Positions 1-8,400 of a stretch of DNA of 64,000 nt are shown here, piece after piece. The notes below the pieces were generated by a model, which had not been told where the DNA came from, did not search any database, and saw only the letters and a program-made list of their open reading frames with translations. A program made the position numbers and the translations under genes. Positions within the stretch are counted from its first letter, which is position 1, and every line of letters starts with the position of its first letter. The stretch is from an uncultured bacterium (GTDB lineage Bacteria; Hydrothermota; UBA3073; NMUJ01). The stretch covers positions 5,116 to 69,115 of the forward strand of contig CBFDTI010000001.1 of NCBI GenBank assembly GCA_965612795.1, written 5' to 3'.

Positions 1-3000
1 ACATACTTCAGGCTCCATCTCACCCAGCTCACGCATCGGCTGTCTCCCCTTTATCCTCAACTGCGGATACCCATACGCCCGATACCCTACCGCGGTTGCC
101 TTCACCCAATACCCCCGCCACGGCTCCATCCTATCCACCATCCTATACACACCGTCTTTATACTGCCACAACCATGGCTTTATCCATCCCCTTTGCACCG
201 CCTCATCCAACCCCACCCGCTGTATCGGTTTACCCCAGCTAACCCATTCCACCTCCACACTATCCCACTCCACTTCCATATTGAACGGCCCCCCTATAAT
301 ATTCCATCCATCATCCAACCCCACCACATACGGTTGCCCCGTATCTATCAGTGTACCAATAACTCTTATCTCACCCCCAGTATCTGCCACCACCACATAT
401 CCCTTACCTGGTTCTATGTATTCCACCTCCATGTATCTATCACCACACCATCGCATCACCTTCATCCCCCCAAATATCGAATCCACCTCACTCCATCTCG
501 GTTGCATCGGTATAGATACCAACCCCACACCATCCACCCTATGTCTCATCTCATCACCCACCACCATCACAATGTTTGGCCACTTATCATCCACCCTAAC
601 CTTCTGCTTAATGGTGTCACCCTCCACCACCGCCATCACTTCATACTCACCTGGCTCCACCTTATACTCAAACCGCCCCTTCTCATCCGTCTCCGCCTCA
701 AACTCACATCTACCATCACTCACGAACCTCACCTTCACCCCATGCTTACCATCACCCCACCAGCTACCCGTCACCCTACCTTTAGCTTCACAACTCCTTA
801 TCCCCACAAATGGGTTACCAAACAACGTCGCCCCCCACACCATACCCGTCGTATCCTCATACGGCCAACTCTTATACACCCTTCTTGTTGCCCACTTCTC
901 CACCTTCTCCGCATAGTATGCTGCCCCCATATACGCACCGCTCGCCAACCCCTTGTATACATGTTCATGATCCGTACCTATCCCCCTCGTCACCGCCATC
1001 ACCGTCGTACACATACTTCTACCCATTATATATGCCTCCGCTATTGTATAATCACTCTCTTTGTATATGAAATTACCCGCACTACATCCCCATATGAACG
1101 TTATCACCCCTCCCTGTCCCACCTGCCGTATCCACCACTCGTACACGTTACGTTTGGGCTCACGATCAAACTGCTGCAACATCGGCCCCGCATGCCCCCA
1201 CACATCCACAACCTCATACGGTTGTTGCAACAACCTCAGATACGTTTCACCGTCACCAAACACCCACCTATTACCCACTGCTATCACATTATCCCCATAT
1301 ATCGTACCTGCTATCTTCGCCATCTCCCACGCCGCACACCCATAATCATTATGCCCACAGTATATCAACACCCTATGTGGTACCACCATCTCACCCTCAT
1401 AGTAACGATGACACTTATCAAAGAAATACCGTATATTTTCCACATCACCATTCGTCCCCACGAAGCTCACCCACATCTGTGGCCGCCCTTCTTTACCCCA
1501 GTAATGCTTATCATACATACCATCACCATCCGTATCCTCAAACCTACCCTCCACATCCTCGTAATACAGTGCCATAGGGAACCTCCCATACGATGCCTCA
1601 AACATCGCCACCGGTATCCTACCCACCATTATCGCACCCGCTATCGTATCACATCGATACAACTCACGCAACATCTCTCGCACCTCCTCCGCCGTACACC
1701 ATTCCCCATAATATACATCTAATTCCATCCCCCACCCACGCTGCACATCATCCACATACCGCTCTATATAGCTCTGCAGCTCATGCTTCAACCTCCGTTC
1801 AACCAACATCACCGCTTTCCCCCTATTCATCATCTCCTTCAATGCACCATCAAACCCATACCCCGCAGGTGGCACATACTTACGTGCTGGTAGCTCACCC
1901 ACCACAGTCCTCACCCCCACTTCAACCTCACATTCATATGGTAACCTACATTTCTCACCCCCATGCACAAATCCAACCCTCACCCTGTACCTACCTGGCA
2001 CCTCCGGCACCTTCAGCTTACCACACAACTCCACTGTATCACCCACCGCTACTGGCTGTCCCAGCTTCATCACCTCCTCCCCCCGTACCAACCCCCACCT
2101 ATTTATCCACTCACAAACAAACCCATCACCCTCACTCCACGGTTTACCACCATCATTACACGCCTTAATCTTCACCTCTATCGTATCACCTGCCCTCACC
2201 TTATTATCCATATTCACCTCAATATACTTCACACCCACCACCTTCTCTCTTGTAAACTCATATATGTAGTTACCTGCCCCCACATACAGCTTATCCCCCA
2301 CCATAATGATCTCACCATCCACATACTCATCCAGCTCATACTCCCACACTATTTCACCATCACCCACATCTATCCCATACACCCGCTTATCCAACCCCCC
2401 TACATAGACAATATCGCCATCACCCCACGGCACCCCACGTGGTACATCACCTATCCTACAGCTCCACACCTCATCTCCCGTATTTTTGTCCACCGCATAC
2501 ACGTAACCATCGTCACACCCCACCACCACTTTATCATCCACCACTATCGGTTGTGTCTCCACCATACCACCCAGCTGCCTCGTCCATATCAACTCACCCG
2601 TCTCACCCTCCACCGCATACAGTTTATCCGTCCCCACATACAGTACACCATCATCCACCGCCGGCGCCCTATCCACCTTATATCCAGTCTCCACCCTCCA
2701 CATAATTCTACCATCTTCCAACCTCACCCCATACACACATCCATCAGTTCCTCCCACATACATCATATCGTCCCCCATAGCTGTTGCTTCATAGATCGAT
2801 CCATCCACCTCCGTCCTCCATATCAACCCACCCTCATCTGCATCCAAACAGTACACCCCCATCTGTGCACCAAAATACAACCTACCCTCCCTATACCATA
2901 CCTTACCCGCTATCTCACCACACGTCTCATACACCCATAAAGGTTTACCCCTGTGTCTATCAAAACAGTATACATTACCATCGAACCCCGCCACATACAG

Positions 3001-3255
3001 GTTATCACCCACCACCGTCGGTGTACCAGTGTAACTACTGTACCACCTATCCCCACATTTATATTCCCACATAAGCTCACCCGTCCTCACGTTGATAGCC
3101 TTAAGTTCACTCCCACCTGCATACATCACACTATCCACGATCGTCACCTTATTCGTCCCCACCTCATACCTATAGCCAAGATATAACGGTGGCTCCATCG
3201 CCCCCACATCTATAATCAGCATCACACCACATATCACACATACTCTTTGCCACAT
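1..3255 (-). CDS. Giant secreted multidomain surface protein, N-terminal part only; the C-terminus lies beyond the window start. It has a signal peptide and PQQ-type beta-propeller repeats, then a putative clan-CD (gingipain/C25-like) cysteine peptidase region.
   Basis: Reverse-complement translation from ATG 3255..3253 (SD AAAGGAGG 5 nt upstream, in-frame TAA just upstream) gives MWQRVCVICGVMLIIDVGAME... followed by repeats such as LYVAGFDGNVYCFDRHRGKPLW, GRLYFGAQMGVYCLDADEGGLIW, MMYVGGTDGCVYGVRLEDGRIMW (PQQ beta-propeller consensus). Further downstream (window ~900-1440) the frame stays open and reads ...VLIYCGHNDYGCAAWEM...VVDVWGHAGPMLQ...GVITFIWGCSAGNFIY..., a His/Cys arrangement (~36 aa apart) like clan CD peptidases. 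Not in ORF track because it runs off the window edge. Confidence 0.6.
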   Translation of the reverse strand, partial: MWQRVCVICGVMLIIDVGAMEPPLYLGYRYEVGTNKVTIVDSVMYAGGSELKAINVRTGELMWEYKCGDRWYSSYTGTPTVVGDNLYVAGFDGNVYCFDRHRGKPLWVYETCGEIAGKVWYREGRLYFGAQMGVYCLDADEGGLIWRTEVDGSIYEATAMGDDMMYVGGTDGCVYGVRLEDGRIMWRVETGYKVDRAPAVDDGVLYVGTDKLYAVEGETGELIWTRQLGGMVETQPIVVDDKVVVGCDDGYVYAVDKNTGDEVWSCRIGDVPRGVPWGDGDIVYVGGLDKRVYGIDVGDGEIVWEYELDEYVDGEIIMVGDKLYVGAGNYIYEFTREKVVGVKYIEVNMDNKVRAGDTIEVKIKACNDGGKPWSEGDGFVCEWINRWGLVRGEEVMKLGQPVAVGDTVELCGKLKVPEVPGRYRVRVGFVHGGEKCRLPYECEVEVGVRTVVGELPARKYVPPAGYGFDGALKEMMNRGKAVMLVERRLKHELQSYIERYVDDVQRGWGMELDVYYGEWCTAEEVREMLRELYRCDTIAGAIMVGRIPVAMFEASYGRFPMALYYEDVEGRFEDTDGDGMYDKHYWGKEGRPQMWVSFVGTNGDVENIRYFFDKCHRYYEGEMVVPHRVLIYCGHNDYGCAAWEMAKIAGTIYGDNVIAVGNRWVFGDGETYLRLLQQPYEVVDVWGHAGPMLQQFDREPKRNVYEWWIRQVGQGGVITFIWGCSAGNFIYKESDYTIAEAYIMGRSMCTTVMAVTRGIGTDHEHVYKGLASGAYMGAAYYAEKVEKWATRRVYKSWPYEDTTGMVWGATLFGNPFVGIRSCEAKGRVTGSWWGDGKHGVKVRFVSDGRCEFEAETDEKGRFEYKVEPGEYEVMAVVEGDTIKQKVRVDDKWPNIVMVVGDEMRHRVDGVGLVSIPMQPRWSEVDSIFGGMKVMRWCGDRYMEVEYIEPGKGYVVVADTGGEIRVIGTLIDTGQPYVVGLDDGWNIIGGPFNMEVEWDSVEVEWVSWGKPIQRVGLDEAVQRGWIKPWLWQYKDGVYRMVDRMEPWRGYWVKATAVGYRAYGYPQLRIKGRQPMRELGEMEPEVC

Positions 3256-3272
3256 AACACCTCCTTTAATTT

Positions 3273-3299
3273 AATTTATCGAATCCCCCCACTTGTGAA
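3273..3299 (-). promoter_or_regulatory. Putative promoter of the giant surface-protein gene (TTCACA -N15- TAAATT)
   Basis: Minus-strand reading: TTCACA (3299..3294), 15-nt spacer, TAAATT (3278..3273), ~18 nt before SD/ATG at 3255; same architecture as the tRNA promoters in this window. Confidence 0.3.
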
Positions 3300-3393
3300 C
3301 CATTTACTATCGCTATCCACCACCTCGCTGAATATAACGCCATCCTTATAAACATAACCCACAAACCCACAAGTTACCCCAGGCGTACACAAC

Positions 3394-3421
3394 TTGACAT
3401 TTTTGAAGTCTAAATTATTGA
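3394..3421 (+). promoter_or_regulatory. Putative promoter for the tRNA-Ser pair (TTGACA -N16- TATTGA)
   Basis: TTGACA at 3394-3399, TATTGA at 3416-3421, tRNA begins at 3435. Confidence 0.3.
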
Positions 3422-3434
3422 ATTATTAGACTAA

Positions 3435-3521
3435 GGAGGGTTAGCCTAATTGGTAAGGCGGCGGATTTGAAATCCGCTCCCCGCTGTAGCGGGGTTGGGG
3501 GTTCGAGTCCCTCACCCTCCG
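3435..3521 (+). tRNA. tRNA-Ser (anticodon TGA), class II with long variable arm, no encoded CCA
   Basis: Manual fold: acceptor GGAGGGT/ACCCTCC, D-arm GCC...GGC, anticodon stem GCGGA/TCCGC with loop TTTGAAA (TGA), variable arm CCCCGC/GCGGGG, T-arm GGGGG-TTCGAGT-CCCTC, discriminator G. Confidence 0.9.
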
Positions 3522-3522
3522 T

Positions 3523-3611
3523 GGAGAGGTGGCCGAGCGGCTTAAGGCAGCCGATTGCTAATCGGCTGAGGGGGTAAAACCCCTCCGTGGGTTCGAATCC
3601 CACCCTCTCCG
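3523..3611 (+). tRNA. tRNA-Ser (anticodon GCT), class II, separated from the preceding tRNA by 1 nt
   Basis: Acceptor GGAGAGG/CCTCTCC, anticodon stem GCCGA/TCGGC, loop TTGCTAA (GCT), long variable arm GAGGGGG..CCCCTC, T-arm GTGGG-TTCGAAT-CCCAC, discriminator G. Confidence 0.9.
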
Positions 3612-3618
3612 CTAATCG

Positions 3619-4548
3619 ATGTGGCTTTCTGTAATTTTTTTTATTCTCGGCCTCCTCCTGATAATCAAGGGCGCGGATTGGTTCACCGACGCCAGCCTCT
3701 CCCTGGCCAAAAAGTTAAACATCCCCACCATCGTAATAGGGGCAACCCTCGTCAGTGTAGCCACCACCATGCCCGAATTCTTCACCTCTTTAATAGCCAC
3801 CATAAGAGGTCACACCCAGATAGCCATCGGCAACGTACTCGGTTCCTGTATCTGCAACATCGGCCTCATACTCGGGCTCGTCTGGCTCTGTTCCACCTAT
3901 GTCCCCAACCACGACCGAACCGTACAGGTCAAATCCTTCCTCCTCATCGGTATGACCCTATCCGTATGGCTCCTCTCTTTCGGGTTCGGTTATACCACAC
4001 GTTGGCTCAGCCTGTTACTGCTCGGCTTCACAATCCTATTCCTCAACTACAACCGTCAGCTTACCGTCACCCACCGTCGTACCACCGTACCTATTGCATT
4101 CCCCGAGTTCTCACTCCCACGCACTTTATTATTTTTCTTCCTCGGGCTCGGCGCCCTACTCACCGGTAGCGACCTACTCGTACGTAACGGTGTCACCCTC
4201 GCACACACTCTTGGCATATCCGAGCTCGCCATCGGTATCTCACTCGTCGCCATCGGCACATCACTACCCGAGCTCGCCACCGCCATCGCCTCCATCATCA
4301 AGCATCACCCCGAACTCTCCGTCGGCAACCTCTTAGGTGCTGACGTACTCAACCTCGGTCTCATCATCGGTGTCTGTGGCCTCGTCTCCCCCTTACCACT
4401 CTCCTACATCACACGCGTATTATCCTTACCTCTGCTGTTGATACTAACGCTTATCGTCTTCTCACCCCGCGGTAACATACGTCTACGTGGCATTTCACTA
4501 TTATGCATTTACATAGCATATCTCATACTACACCTATGGTATGGCTAA
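3619..4548 (+). CDS. Ca2+:cation antiporter, CaCA family (YrbG-like Na+/Ca2+ exchanger)
   Basis: Polytopic membrane protein with the two alpha-repeat signatures GNVLGSCICNIGLILG and SVGNLLGADVLNLGLIIG. Confidence 0.8.
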   Translation: MWLSVIFFILGLLLIIKGADWFTDASLSLAKKLNIPTIVIGATLVSVATTMPEFFTSLIATIRGHTQIAIGNVLGSCICNIGLILGLVWLCSTYVPNHDRTVQVKSFLLIGMTLSVWLLSFGFGYTTRWLSLLLLGFTILFLNYNRQLTVTHRRTTVPIAFPEFSLPRTLLFFFLGLGALLTGSDLLVRNGVTLAHTLGISELAIGISLVAIGTSLPELATAIASIIKHHPELSVGNLLGADVLNLGLIIGVCGLVSPLPLSYITRVLSLPLLLILTLIVFSPRGNIRLRGISLLCIYIAYLILHLWYG

Positions 4549-5471
4549 TCCTTCTACCACTTATTTCACCTTCTGATACCGTCACCATACTCATACCCCC
4601 CGGCACCACCATCTACACAATCTCACAAACCTTACATGATTCCGGCATCATCCAAAGCCCCTGGCTTTTCCGCATATGGGCACGCCTCACCGCCACCGAT
4701 CGTCACCTCCAATCCGGCCTTTACCGTTTCCCTCGCCCCTATACCATTGAAGCCACACTACACAAACTACGTACAGGTAAGGGTGAGCTCATCAAACTCA
4801 CCATCCCCGAAGGCCTCACCTTACATGAAATTGCCACACTTGTCGAATCCCATCTTTACGTACCACGTGACAGCTTCCTCCACTATGCACACGATACCTC
4901 CTTCTTACACAGCTTAGGCATACCCGCCACCACCGCCGAAGGTTACCTATTCCCCACCACCTATTTCCTACCACCCTTCATCTCCGCCCGCCACGTACTA
5001 AAGGAGATGATACATCAGTTCTACCAACACATCACCCCCGACATGCTAAACCGTGCCTCACAGCTCGGCTTCTCCCTACACGAAATCGTCACCCTCGCCT
5101 CCATCATCGAAAAAGAAGCCGTCCTCAAATCCGAGCTACCACTCATCTCATCCGTCTTCCACAACCGGCTCTCCCGTGGCATGAAACTCGAAGCCAACCC
5201 CACCGTCGAGTATGCATTAGGTCATAAAAAGCGCTGGCTCACCAACAAAGATTTACAAACCCCTTCCCCCTATAATACCTATCTATATCCCGGGTTACCA
5301 CCCGGCCCCATCTGTAACCCCAGCCTCGACGCAATACTTGCTGCCTTATATCCCGCAGATACTGATTATCTTTACTTTGTCAGCCGTGGCGACGGCACCC
5401 ATATCTTTTCCAAAACCTACACCGCACACAAGCGTGCCGTCCGCCGTCTACGTAAGTTCTGGCTCCGTTAG
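4536..5471 (+). CDS. mltG: Endolytic murein transglycosylase MltG (YceG-like)
   Basis: C-terminal signature SPYNTYLYPGLPPGPICNP plus N-terminal TM segment; start moved to ATG 4536 (MVWLILLPLI) to avoid 45-nt overlap with upstream gene; ORF-track start 4503 also possible. Confidence 0.8.
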   Translation: MVWLILLPLISPSDTVTILIPPGTTIYTISQTLHDSGIIQSPWLFRIWARLTATDRHLQSGLYRFPRPYTIEATLHKLRTGKGELIKLTIPEGLTLHEIATLVESHLYVPRDSFLHYAHDTSFLHSLGIPATTAEGYLFPTTYFLPPFISARHVLKEMIHQFYQHITPDMLNRASQLGFSLHEIVTLASIIEKEAVLKSELPLISSVFHNRLSRGMKLEANPTVEYALGHKKRWLTNKDLQTPSPYNTYLYPGLPPGPICNPSLDAILAALYPADTDYLYFVSRGDGTHIFSKTYTAHKRAVRRLRKFWLR

Positions 5472-8400
5472 AACTTAAACTCCGTCCAGACCCTCACCCC
5501 CAATATCTGCGTATCCGTACCACGTGTCCTCTCCTTACTACGGCTGTAGTTTATGCTTGCACCCCCCACAATAACCGACGAAAACCTATACGAACCCTCC
5601 AACCTCACACTTATACTATAGCTATCACGTGTCTTATGTCCCGTCGTGATATTCTTCCTCTCATCCACTGTACGACTAACTTTAAGGTTGAAGTTCACCG
5701 ACCTCCCACCTTTCAACCACCCCAGTATCGGTGTCCCTCCCTGTGTTGTCACACTAAACGATGTACTGAAATTCACATTCTGTCGCCTATTACTCCATAC
5801 GTTGCGGTTCCAATCCTCCTCTTTACTGCGGGTTTCACTTATACTGAAGCTTATCGGCATATTGGGTTTCTTAAGGTTAGCCCCACTGATCTGCAAATTC
5901 CATTCCTCCTGCACACTCTGAATCGTATCCCCACGTTCACACCTCACCGTACGTGACTTCTTATAATTCAAAGATGGGCTCACCCCAGTTATAAGTTTAG
6001 CCATCCCCGGTATGTACCTCTCTACCCCCGTAATCCTAACCATCGCATCCGGGAACCTCACCACCTCCTGTACTGAAAAGTTACCCAACTTACCACCACT
6101 CGTCCTACTCTCCTGATAGTTGATGCTAACACTCAGAATATCTTTCAGGTTGAACCCCGACCCTACCTTCAGGTTGAACCCATCCTGCTTCATATCATCC
6201 GTATACGGTAACTTAGGTAGGTTCTCAAAATCCACCCTCCTACCGTATCGGAACTCACTCGGCGGCCGTTCCTTCAGGTAATAAAACCTAAACGTCCTAT
6301 TATTTGATACACTCACCTGCACCGGATTCACCCACCCAAGTAGTGGTAACTCCTTCGTCGGCAATGTAATATTAAACTCATTCCTTATGTCGAGCCCCAC
6401 ATTCCTCAAATCCATCGTATCACTTATGAGCTCCCTACCATGATATTCGTTATACCCCACACTGTAAGTCCATCTCGGTTGTAACTTCCATACGCTCGGC
6501 GTAAGGTTTATCGAAACGTTCTCCCTCCAATTCGTCTGTGCCTCTATAACCATATCCTGTACCACCTCCAACCCATACCTCACCGATATCATCTTCATCG
6601 GACTATACCCCACATTCGCCGAATATGTGATATTCCTCTGCCACGGTGTCCTCCTGCTCAACGTATAGGTTTCACCCATCCTCCTGTACCTCACCGCATG
6701 TTGTGCCCCATAACTTGCACCCAACCTTATACTCTGTGGCAACATCTGCCATTCCCATTTCCATATAGAAATAGGTTTGATAGATGGCCTCACCTCATAC
6801 GTCGCATTCAACGTCGCATTATACGATGAATCTATACTTTCATACGATTCGTTCCACCCCTGCCTGTAACTACCCGTAACATTCAAATTATCAAATATCA
6901 CATGCGTAAGCCAGAACTTCGACGCCTTACTCTTACGCCAGCTCACCGTCACACTACGGTTTTCTGCCAAACTCGCATAATCCTTACGCACATCCTCCTT
7001 CAGCTCAACATCCTTACCCGCCAGATATCTGGGTAAACTGCGACTCCTGCTCATCGTCACCCGCACCGGTATCACCACACCCCAATCCTTCGGCAAGAAC
7101 TTATGTAAGCTCACACTTCCGTTCACCGTATACGCGTACCTCTCACCTCCCCCAAACCTATACGCTTCACCCATCTGTTTAAAATACGGATCCCTATGCG
7201 TAAACGCAACATCCACATCCGCCACATCCGCCAGCTTCACCTTACCTCTTAACTCGCTCGCAAACCCCACCTCTGCCCGCACCTCACTCAAAAACAGATC
7301 ATCCACCCATATAACCCCAGACACAGTCTGTTCACCTTCATTCGCTATCACAAGCTCTATCCTCCTGATATTTGTAAGCGATGGCCTCCCCTTTATCCCG
7401 TATATCCCCTGCCTGAATATACCCTCAACCGTATCCGGACGTATCATCTTCAGGTTTGTCAACTCCTTAAATGGTACCCTAATCTCACGCCACTCGTACC
7501 CATCAAGCTCCACTTTATACTCATAGAAATTGGACGTATCACCCCCAAACCTCACATATAACGTAACCGGGTCACCCTCATACAGCCTCACATAGAACAC
7601 CAGACTCTTATACATCAAGAAATCCATCCCATTCGGCTCGGTAAAATACACTCTTACACTGCTGTCAGGTGCCACCTCCCGATACGTCAACACCATCGAC
7701 CCTTCTGGTTTCAACCTACCCAGTTCGTCACGCTCCACCTTCACCTCCGGTGGCGGCGTATATTCCTCCGCCCCTATCGTCGATATATACGATATTTCGA
7801 CTTTCGGTTCACCTTCCGCTGGTTTAACCACCCTCCACTTCGTACCTACCACATTAAACTCCACTATATCCACAGTATCGGGTTCACCCACCTCCACCCA
7901 TATACGTGCCATCCTTATGCGATCCCATGAGGGTACCCCCACCACCTTGTACACTTGCTTAAGCGGCACCTGATACAATCGCCACCCATTGTACTCATCC
8001 ACCAAGAACACCGTATCTTCCAGATCCACCCTATACTCGTAGTAGTTTTCCTCCAGATCGAGCACCCCATTACCGTTAAGATCCTCAGTATTCAACCGCC
8101 CATCACCCTCCGTCCCATTAATATGCGAGTAATCATACGGCCTACTCGGATCGTACCTGTAGTCATCATTACCATCGTCACCTGGTACATTATCCTCATC
8201 ATCTCCCCTAACACCGTCCAACCCCACATCATCCACATCCTGCGACCACTCCCTCGTTACAGGGTCACCCTCTGCATCCAACTCACCGTTATACCCCTGT
8301 ATTGAACCATCCGCCACCCTTCTCGGTGCATCCTCCGGTATATTAGTACCCAGATCCACATACAACACACCCTTACCACGTACACGTATCTCTATATAAT

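Noticed and set aside
193-3186. Six long + strand ORFs encoding His/Pro/Thr/Tyr-rich low-complexity proteins
   Set aside because: They are antisense to a well-supported minus-strand gene (SD+ATG at 3255, PQQ repeats). The + strand is a 'cacc'-type low-complexity mirror of a G/T-rich coding strand, with no RBS or plausible domains.
3415-3803. Minus-strand ORFs 3415..3603 and 3612..3803
   Set aside because: They overlap the two tRNA-Ser genes and the 5' end of the CaCA antiporter gene, and the tRNA folds are unambiguous.
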